Shown here one piece after another: positions 11,501 to 22,800 of a DNA stretch of 30,288 bases. The position numbers and the translations under genes were made by a program. Within the stretch, counting starts at the first letter, position 1. Each line of letters opens with the position of its first letter. The stretch covers positions 3,602,269 to 3,632,556 of the forward strand of contig NC_057758.1 of NCBI RefSeq assembly GCF_004010195.1. Direction: 5' to 3'. The notes under the pieces were generated by a model, which did not search any database, was not told where the DNA came from, and worked only from the letters and a program-made list of their open reading frames with translations. This stretch comes from Chiloscyllium plagiosum (Eukaryota).

Positions 11501-12609
11501 TACATAATGAATACTGATCAGAACATTATTTCAAATGGATGAAGTCACTTAAGGCACAACTGACACCAGCAGTGAGATAGTTCATCTTGGTATTGAATGA
11601 ATTATTGAGCATCAATGAATTCTAAAGGCCCGACTCCACTGCACAATTGTAGGAGAGACATCAACAGCGGTTCAGACAAACTGCGGACAGAAGCACGAGC
11701 ACCATCTGAACTAGAGGTAGTATCAACACACACAGCCGGCTGGTGTAGAAACGAGAAGTGAACCACGTTTATCACATCGCTTCGAATATGTTACGGAGAT
11801 TTTGAAGAAGACACAAGAAATTGGCAAAGTAAAGATCAGACAGACGTAACAAAGTTTATGAGTACACGGAAGATGGTGCATCGCATGAAATGATGCATGC
11901 TTGTAAAACGCGAACAAAAAAGCGAGAGAAGATGGAAAATGATTTTCAGAAATACAATACCCAATGCGAGAAAAAAAGAAATCTTTGTTAAGAACATTGA
12001 AATCTTGACAAGACAAATTATGTAGCCACCGTCTGTATTGAGACCTGTTGAATTTTCTTGCATTCCCTGCAATGTTCAAAAGCAAGCTGTTTGTCTTAGG
12101 GCGGAGGCTCATCTGTGCCACTTTGGGTATCGCAGCACAGCAAGTTACGGCGGCATTGGTCGAATCCACCTGAGAAACTCAACCACAAAGTGCTTTCGTC
12201 GGTGCTCAGTTCAGTGAAAATAGGCCATTTATAAAGTCAACTGGTGACGTGCCATTTCTTCTTATATGGATCACATTTACTGTTGCCAGTCCAGGAAACG
12301 AATGTCTTCATTAGGGGTAATGCTCAGTGGTAATCCACATTGCAACAGGCTGATATATATAAAACACTGTGTTAAGGAGAAAACGAGAAGTGATTCAGCA
12401 CCATGCCCATATATCTTATTGACAATGATGCATTATCTGTAAACAGAGGAACAGCTATGTTCGCTGTCTGTGTACCAATAATTGGAATGCTGAAATTAAA
12501 TTTCTTAGAGAATGGAATAATATAGTTGTTCTGTTCGTCGAGCTGGGAATTTGTGTTGCAGACGTTGTCCCAGTCAAACTCATGTTCCTTGTCATCTGAG
12601 TGTGTGGCT

Positions 12610-13550
12610 GATTAGAACATTAGAACAAACTGTCTTCCCGCAAATTCAACCCCAACCCTGGGTCAGATATGTAGATGATACCTTTGTAATCATTAAAAAC
12701 ACAGAAATAGAGAACACACACTGGATCATCACTGCCACACTCACAGGAATCCGATTCACTAGAGAGGAAGAAAAGGACAACCAACTCCCATTCCTAGACG
12801 TGATGGTTTAGAGAACACCGAATGGAGAATTCACCACAAAGGTATACAGGAAAGCCACACACAGACCAAGTCCTAAACTACGAAAGTAACCACCCCAACA
12901 CACACAAAAGAAGTTGGATCAAGACACTATTCAAAAGGGCCACAACACACTGCAGTACACCAGAACTGCAAAAAGAGGAAGAAGAACACCTATACAATGT
13001 ATTCGCCAAAAACGGAGACCCCCGCAATTTCATCAACAGATGTCTAAGAGAAAGACAACAGAATGAGGACATGCCACAACCCAAAGGACTAGCCACACTA
13101 CCATACATCAAAAACATTTCTGAACTGACAGCCAAACTACTGCGACCACTAAGACTCATAACAGCACACAAACCAACAGCCACTCTCAGACAACAACTCA
13201 CCAGGGCGAAGGACCCGATACCCAGCATGAGAAAAACGAATGTAGTGTCCAACATCCAATGCAAGGACTGCACAAAACTCTACATAGGACAAACAGGAAG
13301 ACAGCTAACGAACCGCATCCATGAACACCAACTAGCCACGAAACGACATGACCAGCTATCCTTCGTAGCCACACACTCAGATGACAAGGAACATGAGTTT
13401 GACTGGGACAACACTACTATTATAGGACAAGACAAACATAGAACAGCCAGGGATTTCCGAGAGGCACGGCACTCATCCACAGATTCAATCAATAAAGCAC
13501 ATCGACCTGGACCCAATATACCGGCCACTGCAGTGGACAGCTGGGACTGA
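12610..13550 (+). pseudogene. PLE reverse transcriptase (C-terminal part) plus GIY-YIG endonuclease, frameshifted
   Basis: ORFs 12551-12811 and 12822-13550 carry the YVDD and YIG motifs. Stop/frameshift near 12810-12860; the VY of the GIY-like motif is mutated to VS. Confidence 0.9.
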
Positions 13551-14783
13551 CAACAGGAAGCAGCAGATACAAATCACTATAAATGCCGGACGAAACATCA
13601 TAGAAGCGCTTCACAGGAGGGTCCCAAGCACTGAGGATGTCACCGAGACAGGGGACGAAACGTCTGCAACACAAATTCCCAGCTCGGCGAACAGAACTAC
13701 AACAACGAGCACCCAAGCTCCAAATCTTCTAAAAAACTTAGAATGGAATAATTTATGCCGTCCCTTATTTATTCAGTTGGGCACATGCGGAAATTAGCAG
13801 CTTTGATGTGGAATAAAGTATTTCTTGAAATATTACAATTAATTAACATAATTTGACTTCAGTGATCCAAAACCAACACTGAACACAATTTAAATCATCT
13901 TATTTATCCGACGTTTCAAACTTTCTAATCTCTGTTTGGTTTCCTTCCATGGCTCATCTCATAGTAACCCTCAGTCAAGGAATATATTCCAAAGATTGCA
14001 TGGTATTTTGACAGTTTGAGGTAGTTTCATTCGCATCTTTTGAAAGTGTTGGCAATATCTCGCCAGTGATAAAGGGCCTGAATCTCAAACCTCAATTTAG
14101 TCTATTAAACTAACGTCTGAAAATCAAATTGCGTGTGGCAGTTACTATGGAGAAATTAATCGAAGGCAAGCGGAATAGCGTTCATTAACACAACAGAAAG
14201 TTCTCACTTGATTGATGATATTATTACCATCACGTTTCCCCTTTAAAGTTTGTCTGTGCTCTGTATTTCCGTTTCAACGAATTGCTTGAGAAGAAAGGAA
14301 CATACTCATGAACTGTATCTGGTAAGCATTGAGAAGAATTGCAAACACGGCGCTCGCTGCAGGACACGATGAAATTATTTCACTGTTCTCATAATGGACT
14401 AAATAGGAATTCAGGTTAACTGAGGGATCATCTGCAATGTACATTTAAGCGGAAATGGTTTGTTACGATATTGATGGTGAACTTCGAGCCTGTACAATTA
14501 GGAAAAGGATGTAAGTTGCAGGCAGATTAACTGGATTTTGAAAACACAGATTCTGCTATCAGGTATTGCCACTTTTCACATGCACGATCAACAAGAAAAA
14601 CCAACAATGTTACCGACGGTATACATAATTTACGTTCAGTTCTAATCGTACGGGTGAATTCTTGCAGGCTCTCCCCACCTCCCTTTCCCATTCATACAAA
14701 ACTGATCATAAAATAACAGTGCTAATTAGTTTTTATATGATTCTCATACAGATATAGAACACTGCCATCTGCATTTGCATATT
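13111..14783 (+). repeat. Copy 1 of ~1.67 kb direct duplication flanking the gap
   Basis: Aligns collinearly with 15284-16964, with scattered substitutions and small indels. Confidence 0.97.
13628..13667 (+). ncRNA. Minimal type I hammerhead ribozyme motif
   Basis: GCA-CTGAGGA-t-GTCaCC gagaca GGgGAC-GAAA-C-GTC-TGC. Stem I GCA/TGC, stem II GTC/GAC, ACGU palindrome; predicted cleavage after C13664. Confidence 0.85.
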
Positions 14784-15283
14784 NNNNNNNNNNNNNNNNN
14801 NNNNNNNNNNNNNNNNNNNNNNNNNNNNNNNNNNNNNNNNNNNNNNNNNNNNNNNNNNNNNNNNNNNNNNNNNNNNNNNNNNNNNNNNNNNNNNNNNNNN
14901 NNNNNNNNNNNNNNNNNNNNNNNNNNNNNNNNNNNNNNNNNNNNNNNNNNNNNNNNNNNNNNNNNNNNNNNNNNNNNNNNNNNNNNNNNNNNNNNNNNNN
15001 NNNNNNNNNNNNNNNNNNNNNNNNNNNNNNNNNNNNNNNNNNNNNNNNNNNNNNNNNNNNNNNNNNNNNNNNNNNNNNNNNNNNNNNNNNNNNNNNNNNN
15101 NNNNNNNNNNNNNNNNNNNNNNNNNNNNNNNNNNNNNNNNNNNNNNNNNNNNNNNNNNNNNNNNNNNNNNNNNNNNNNNNNNNNNNNNNNNNNNNNNNNN
15201 NNNNNNNNNNNNNNNNNNNNNNNNNNNNNNNNNNNNNNNNNNNNNNNNNNNNNNNNNNNNNNNNNNNNNNNNNNNNNNNNNNN
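14784..15283. other. Assembly gap (500 N)
   Basis: Run of exactly 500 N. Confidence 1.
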
Positions 15284-16964
15284 AAAACATTTCTGAACTG
15301 ACAGCCAGACGACTGCGACCACTCGGACTCATAACAGCACACAAACCAACTGCCACTCTCAGACAACAACTCACCAGGACGAAGGATCCGATACCCAGCA
15401 TGAGAAAAAACGAATGTACTGTACAAATCCCCATGCAAGAACTGCACAAAACTCTGCATAGGACAAACAGGAAGACAGCTAACGATCCGCATCCATGAAC
15501 ACCAACTAGCCACAAAACGACATGACCAGCTATCCTTAGTAGCCACACACTCAGATGACAAGGAACATGGGTTTGACTGGGACAACACTACTAATATAGG
15601 ACAAGACAAACACAGAACAGCCAGGGATTTCCGAGAGGCACGGCACTAATTCACAGATTCAATCAATAAAGCATATCGACCTGGACCCAATATACCGGCC
15701 ACTGCAGCGGACCGCTGGGACTGACAACCGGAAGCAGCAGATACAAATCACTATAAATGCCGGAGGAAACATCACAGAAGCGCTTCACAGGAGACTCCCA
15801 AGCACTGAGGATGTCACATAGACAGGGGACGAAACGTCTGCAACACAAATTCCCAGCTCAGCGAACAGAACGACAACAACGAGCACCCGAGCTACAAATC
15901 TTCTCATAATTTTAGAATGGAATAATTTATGCCGTCCCTCATTTATTCATTTGGACACATGGGGAAATAAACAGCTTTGACGTGGAATAAAGTATTTCTT
16001 GAAATATTACAATTAATTAACATAATTTGACTTCAGTGATCCAAAACCAGCACTGAACACAACCTAAATAATCTTATTTATCCGACGTTTCAACCTTTCT
16101 AATCTCTGTTGGGTTTCCTTCCATGGCTCATCTCATAGTAACCCTCAGCTATGGAATATATTCCAAAGAATTCATGGTATCTTGACAGTTTGAGGTAGTT
16201 TCATCCGCATCTTTTGAAAGTGATGGTAATATCTCACCAGTGCTAAAGGGCCTGAATCTCAAACTTCAATTTAGCCTATTAAACTAATGTCTGAAAATCG
16301 AATTGCGTGTGCCAGTTACTATGGAGACGTTAATTCAAGGCGACTGGAATAGCGTTCAGTAACACAACAGAAAGTTCTCAAAATTGTTGATATTATTACC
16401 GCCACGTTTCCCCTTTAAAGTTTGTCTGTGCTCTGTATTTCCGTTTCAATGAATTGCTTGAGAAGAAAGGAACATGCTCATGAACTGTATCTGGTAAGCA
16501 TTGAGAAGAATTGCAAACACGGCGTTCGCTGCTGGACACGATGAAATTATTTCACTATTCTCATAATGGACTAAATAGGAACGCAGGTTAACTGAGGGAC
16601 CATCTGCAATGTGCATTTAAGCGGAAATGGTTTGTTACGATATTGATGGTGAACTTCGAGCCTGTACAATTATGAAAACGATGTAAGTTGCAGGCAGATA
16701 AACTGGATTTTGAAAACACACATTCTGCTATCAGGTATTGCCACTTTTCACGTGCATGATAAACAAGAAAAATCAACAATGTTACCGAAGGTATACATAA
16801 TTTACGTTCAATTCTAATCGAACGGGTGAATTATTGTACATGCTGCAGGCTCTCCCCACCTCCCTTTCCCATTCATACAAAACCGCTCATAAAATAACAG
16901 TGCTAATTCTTTTTTTTATGACTCTCATAAAGATATAGAATATTGCCATCTGCATTTGCATATT
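15284..16964 (+). repeat. Copy 2 of ~1.67 kb duplication; includes the PLE 3' part (15284-15913)
   Basis: Same PLE 3' end, same TSD sequence (15914-15926) and same downstream flank as copy 1. Confidence 0.97.
15802..15841 (+). ncRNA. Minimal type I hammerhead ribozyme motif (second copy)
   Basis: GCA-CTGAGGA-t-GTCacatagacaggGGAC-GAAA-C-GTC-TGC. Confidence 0.82.
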
Positions 16965-17359
16965 TCTTTGCTTTATGAAATGTTTTGCTTAAAGTAATAA
17001 AACAATATTGCATTTAAAATCCAGAAATAAATTACAAGATATAATTTCGAAAGAGTGAACCAAATAAGATATTATTTGATCAAAATCCAGTGAATGCAGT
17101 TATATGGGGCACAATACTGGTGTTGTCCAGAATAAGTCTAGTTCAATGTTCTTTGTGCGTCTCAGAAAAGCAGTGGTACTCGCTGGAAGGCAACGTTGTG
17201 CTTTGGCTAAGTTTGGCAGAACGGGTCGTCTGATTTATCAACTTTGGCTGAAAAGAAACATTTTGTTGGAAATGCCTATGTGTCTGCTGCATTTATTACA
17301 CAGCAGCAGAACCTTACCCATCAGCAACAACCAAAGAACTGGGGATGTGGAGATGTGAA

Positions 17360-17456
17360 AGAAAGCAGAATGTGCTGGAGGAACTCTGCATATCTGGCAA
17401 ATTCTGTGGAGCGAAAGCAAATTCAACATTTCAAGTCCATTAATCCTTTATTAGAA
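17360..17456 (-). mobile_element. Old Penelope-derived terminal repeat fragment
   Basis: agaatgtgctggaggaactctgcatatctggcaaattctgtggag...aacatttcaagtccattaatcctttattag resembles the gtgctggaaaagc...aggcagcatc...acgtttcggg...cccttcttcag family; hammerhead eroded. Confidence 0.55.
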
Positions 17457-18589
17457 AATTGAGATGGATACCACTGGTAACAGAAAATGTCAGGAACATT
17501 ATTGGATTTAATAGTGAATTTTTAACATTTCTGAAAATTATGCACTTCGCTACATAAGGTTTGTTTCAGCAGAGCGTCTTTGTTTCCCAGAACTCACATC
17601 TTAACCCAAGCACATCAATTCAATGTCCACCTAGATAGTATGAAGCACTGCATGGCATGAAGAATGCTTGATTGGACACGTTAATCACCTTTAGCAAACA
17701 TTTGACAGTCTTTAGCTTTCAAAGATCTTTGCCTAAATGTACTTCGACGGAGTGGAAATTCTACAAAACTTCCAATTATAATAAGCTCATGCTTTTGTAT
17801 AAAAATATACTGGCTCCTCTGACAGTTGTTATTTTTCGAGTAGACATCGACAAAAGTTGAGAAAGATTCTGATTATTTGCTCGTTAGCTCGTTAGCTTGA
17901 TAGAAACTGGATATGAGATGCAATAAACATGATCTGACCTGCAATTAACCAAATTATTTCACGTTTGCTTATTTTTTCGACTAATGAATGGGATGCTGGT
18001 ACAAAGTCAATTTGTTCTCCGTCTAAGCGATTGGACAGACTATTGTCTCTTTATCAGGATCAATCAGGCAGGTGGAAAAACCGAAAGAAACACAAGACCA
18101 TCTTGGGTGACAATTATAAGACAATTTAGCGTGACGTTAATTTGACTTCTTCTATAATACGATTTTGAAACCCTGAAGGCATCTCGTACATTACGAATGC
18201 ATTTGTCTGCAGGTCGAACGAAGCCTCCAAAACAGTAGCTGCTATCTAGACTTGAAAGACAGTTTTTAAAGCAGTGTGAGCGCGTCTTAGAACCGTGTGT
18301 CAAAGCGGGTGCAATTATGCATTGAACCATCTATCAAGTGCAGATGTGAAACGTTTAAACTGCTTCATTTATTTATTTTCCGTTTGGAGGTCCAAAGAAG
18401 AACGGTTTTAAGTGAATCTTACTTCAAGGTCATAACCGCTGATATGTTTCTGGTGCAGGACATGCAACTTCGTCCTTCAGTTCAGGAGATAATTGAAAAA
18501 TGTAGAGCTGTCCCGTTTAGTTTCACAAGCACAGGTGAATGCCATTAATTCTCCTTCTCTTCTCACTTGATTCAATTTAATTGATTCGA

Positions 18590-18825
18590 TATTAATTGTC
18601 TTAATGTGATTGATTATTGTCAGATGAACCGATATACCGTTGAAATGTAATGTTTTGCGTGCAAACCAAGCAAATCATACCTTACATCAGGGAAATAGAA
18701 CTGAATACAGAATATAGCGTTATAGATATTGATGAATTGATTGCTAACACATGTACCGAGGTACAGTGAAAAGGGTTGCTTTGCGAGCAATACAGACAGA
18801 TCATGCCAAACATCATGCATCAGGT
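18590..18825 (-). mobile_element. Two tandem non-LTR 3'-end fragments (probably Rex1/Babar-type tails)
   Basis: Two related units: ttattgtcagatgaaccgatataccgttgaaa...ttttgcgtgcaaaccaagcaaatcatacc and ttgctaacacatgtaccgaggtacagtgaaaa...tttgcgagcaatacagacagatcatgcc. Confidence 0.45.
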
Positions 18826-18829
18826 TGGC

Positions 18830-19706
18830 TGTCACAAAGCTAGGCGCTAAACGCTGTGCCTCGACTCAAGGGGACTCTGTCCTTGATTCATTTTTCAGAG
18901 CGGCAATAAACCGGGCCGGGTTCCGATCAGAGTGGTGCTGGAAAAGCACAGAAGGTCAGGCAGCATCCGAGGAGCAGGAAAATCGAAGTTTCAGGCAAAC
19001 GCCTTTCAACCAGATGTCCTTCCCGATGAAGGGCTTTTGCCCGAACCGTCGATATTCCTGCTCCTTTAATGTTGTTTAACATGCTGTGCTTTTCCAGCAC
19101 TACTCTAATCCAGACTCTGACATCCGGCATCTGCAGTCCTCAGTTTCACCTTCGCTGGGCTCTGATCAGTCTGGTTTGGTAAATATATGCAAAGAATATT
19201 AAGAGATCATCTATTGATGTGTAAACAGATGAGTCTTCACAGCAAAGCGGTCATTATTTGGAAGTGACATGCATACTGAAAGGGGAATGGTCAGCTCTTC
19301 AGCTGAACTGAGCAGTTTTAGTTCAGTCTTGAACTGGGACGGTCAAGAGGGAGCTGTGAGGAAACTCTCTCTCTTTTCTGCACATCAACTCCAACTTGTA
19401 AGCACGTGTTCAATTTAAACTGTTTCTTTTAAAGGGAGTTCGCTTATTGCGACTTTTTGTGTATATTTGGAAGAGCATACTTCAGTCTATTTGGATAGAT
19501 TGAGTTCTGTAGGGGTTCTTTATTCTCTTCGTTCTGTTCCATTGTGCAATGTTATGATTTTCTTTCTCTGTTTTGAAATCTATGAGTCAACCTAGCTATA
19601 TTACTCATGGTAATTTTGCCTGTACTCTACCGGAAAAAAATGCAAATTTATGATCTGGGGCTGCCTGCTCCCGAATGTTTTGAGTGGTCTGTCCGAGTCC
19701 ATGACA
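18830..19706 (+). repeat. 5' LTR of the Gypsy (Gmr1-like) element, with an internal insertion
   Basis: Terminal inverted repeat TGTCA (18830) ... TGACA (19702-19706), directly followed by a PBS. The left boundary is less certain than the right. Confidence 0.7.
18925..19152. mobile_element. Palindromic PLE-derived mini-element (two inverted hammerhead-bearing termini)
   Basis: Arms about 18925-19014 and 19021-19110 are imperfect reverse complements (gatcagagtggtgctggaaaagcacag / ctgtgcttttccagcactactctaatc). Confidence 0.85.
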
Positions 19707-19709
19707 GAT

Positions 19710-19728
19710 TGGGGGCTCTTTCCAGGAT
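19710..19728 (+). promoter_or_regulatory. Primer-binding site, tRNA-Pro-like
   Basis: TGGGGGCTCTTTCCAGGAT versus the tRNA-Pro 3' complement TGGGGGCTCGTCCGGGAT, 3 nt after the LTR end. Confidence 0.8.
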
Positions 19729-19806
19729 TTTACGCAGCGAGTGGTTGATGTCAGTGTCTTTATATCGGATGAGGGTTTGGTTCGATACACAAAAAATGGG
19801 ATAGGA

Positions 19807-22800
19807 ATGGTTCTTTCAGTCGTCAAACGTTTTGTGGGTGTGTATGCGGTGACCTTGCAAGATTTGCACAAAGTGAAAAAGACCAAGTTGCAAGAATTAT
19901 CAGAGAAGCTGTAATTGTAATTGGCTGCTTCTGTGAGAAAAAGAGAAATAATTACTGCAGTACCTCAGCACTTACACTTGCTCGAGAAACACTCAGAATC
20001 TAGAGAATCTGCAAATGAAGCAGATTGACTGAGAGGCGAGAGATAAGGAAAGGGCAGTAGATAAGAAACAGTTTGAGTTACGATTAAAAGCAGACGAGAG
20101 AGAAAAAGAGCAACACAACAGAGAGAAAATGAGAGCGTGTTTGAATACAAACAAACAAACACTTCAAAAAGGAAAGTCAGATTAAAAGTTTGGAGGGTCG
20201 GCTCAGTGACAAAGTTGTGCATACTCATGTGGAAGAGCCGAAGGCCAAATCAGCAAGGTTAGCTGTTTAATTGGCTGATGGTTATCAGTCCATAAGGGAT
20301 TCGAAAACTGGAGCAAAGATGAATCCTTCTGTGGAAAGGGAAAGCTAGATCTCAGTATAAGTCTTGAGGATAACTTACCACGGGGCAAAGAACAAACGCT
20401 TGTGATGCAGAAAGAAGTTAAAAAGCTCCGGTGTTTTTATTGTAATATAGTGGGCCAGGCAGAATCAGTGTTGGTGGGCTAGGAGAAAGCCAGATGTAGG
20501 AAAATCAGACAAGCCTGGAAGATTTGTTGGACTTGTAACAAAAAGCGCAAGGGACGTTAGACAACTGCCAAAGATACACAATATGACCAGAGGTTGTTTT
20601 AGCGGGAAGTACAAGATCTGTTTATACACATACATGCAAGAGTAAAGTGAATTCACACAGGCAGGAGTAATAGGTAAGTTGGTTACAATATGAAGGGACA
20701 CAATACCGTCTCTAATGCTGACTGATAAGGAGGTGTACACTCCTGTGAGAATATTGCCAGAGAAGGTACTGGTAACATTAATTAATGCTGAGACAAAAAG
20801 TTCTCATTTATGCAAAGTGAGACTAGACAATCCAGACAATTGGAGAATTTCTGAATACTCGACAAACTCTCAGCTTCAGGAATGCAATTTGTTCTTGCAA
20901 ATGATATGGGTGATGCATGGGTAGGCGTGCTGACTACTGTAGTTGAAAAGGCAGTGGAGATGCAGGCAACTGAAGACATGGAGAATGTTTATCAAGGACT
21001 TTTCCGTAATTGTGTGATCAGAAGATCTCAAATGCATAAGCTGAATCAGGAGAGATCAAAAGGCACAGATAAGAAGCTGACATAGTGTCACCTGAAACAC
21101 ACTGTGATCAGGTAAGTGGAACAGAGAAGGAGTAAATCGGCAAACATGCAAACATCTTTAGCTCGACGATGCTGATTGAATTACAGCAGGAAGATGAGGA
21201 GTTAAAACACTTATATCAAAAGGCATCCACAAAGAAAGAAAGAAAGTGAATGCATTCCTGTGTGTTACTACTTAAGAAATCATGTCTTCATGAGCAAATG
21301 GAGACCATCACACATTCAAGGAGATGAGAAAAATGCAGAGATTCTTCAAATTGTTTTGCCAATAGGGTCCAGAAATGACGTGCTGCGAATGGCGTATGAG
21401 CCACTGCTTTGAGATCATTTAGGGATTACGAAAACACAGACTAAAATACAAACACATTTTTACTGACCTGGAGTAATCAAATATGTCATTGAATTTTAGA
21501 AGGCGTGTCATACATGTCAGCTAATCGGAAAACAACAGGCCGGAATGTAGCTATTCCAGCATTTGATGAAACTTTATCAAGAGTCTTGACTGATTTTAAA
21601 GGTCCCCTACCTCAAACAAAGGTGGGAATAAATATTTATGAACAATAATGATTGTGTCGACTAGATTTCTAGAGGCAATCCCATTATTCAATACCATTGC
21701 AGAAGAATTGCTTGATTTTCTTTATTTGATACAGACTACGAATAGAGATCCAGTCAGAGCAACGATCAAAATCCACATCCAAACTATTCAACTCAGTTAT
21801 GAATAACTTATGGATTAAAAAAATTAAATCGACTGCGCACCATCTGGAATCGCTGGGAGCGCAAGGGAGACGGCATCATCTACCACAGACCGTGTTGAGG
21901 ACTTATGGTAAGGATTTTGCAGTTGGTTGGGTTAAGGGATCTCCGATTATAACTTTTGCAATCAGACATGCACTGAGGAATGGAGAAAAATAAATCAGTT
22001 CATTTGAACTTGATTAAGGAGAAATCAATGTCAGGATTCAGAGGCGACCCATTTGGAATATGTGTCAAGATTTACAGAAAAATGAAATGGAGCTGGAGTG
22101 TTGGCTGGACAGAATTTAAAAATATCACAGCATACACTGAACCTTGAAGCGGATAAGAAATCACAAAGTCGCAATTTTGCAACTGGGGATAAGATATTGG
22201 TGTTACTTCCAGTAACTTGAGCCTTCAAAACCAAGATTTAGTGGACCTTTTAAAATTGAGAAGAAATTGAGTGAGTTGAATTACTTGATAACGACTCCAG
22301 ACAGGAAGAAATGTCTCACAGTGTGTCATGTGAATAATTTCAAAATAGGGAAGGAAAGCAAGAGGAGAAGGGGTTAATAATTACAGAAACGAAGGAAAAA
22401 CCATGTTCAGAGGATTCTGAATTAGATATACCTCAAATTAAATTGGACAATGAGGACGTTCTAAACAAATAGGCTTTTATTATTGAGTTACCTTTCACAA
22501 GAAAATCGAAATGACCTTTAATTCGATATTGCTATCAAATGGTGAGATATGCGGAAAGAAACTGAGAATTATTAACCTTATTATGCACGATGTAGATACA
22601 GAAGATGCTGTTCCGATGAAGCAACATCCTTATCGCTTTAACCCTCACAAGTTGGCACAGGTTCAGAAGGAGTTATAAAGCATGCTCCAAGACGGCATAA
22701 TCGAAGTGAGTTGCAGTGACTGAGATCAGCCATAGTCATGGAGCCAAAGCCAGATGGCACCCAATGGTTATGTGTAGAATTTCGCAATGTTAACGCCATT

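Larger units (their letters stand above)
12522..13739 (+). mobile_element. Penelope-like retroelement (probably Poseidon type), 5'-truncated with inverted 5' segment and 13-bp TSD
   Basis: RT motif WVRYVDDTFVII and LPFLDV; GIY-YIG NVVSNIQCKDC..LYIGQTGRQL..RIHEH; hammerhead in the 3' repeat; direct repeat AGAATGGAATAAT at 12509-12521 and 13740-13752. Confidence 0.95.

Noticed and set aside
12878..13716. Antisense ORFs over the Penelope element (also 29440-29655 over CR1 ORF1)
   Set aside because: Shadow ORFs of the sense coding sequence with no independent motifs.
14722..15609. Long ORFs containing X runs
   Set aside because: They span the 500-N gap.
16965..18580. Several 60-90 aa ORFs in apparently unique sequence
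   Set aside because: No recognisable domains or convincing exon structure.
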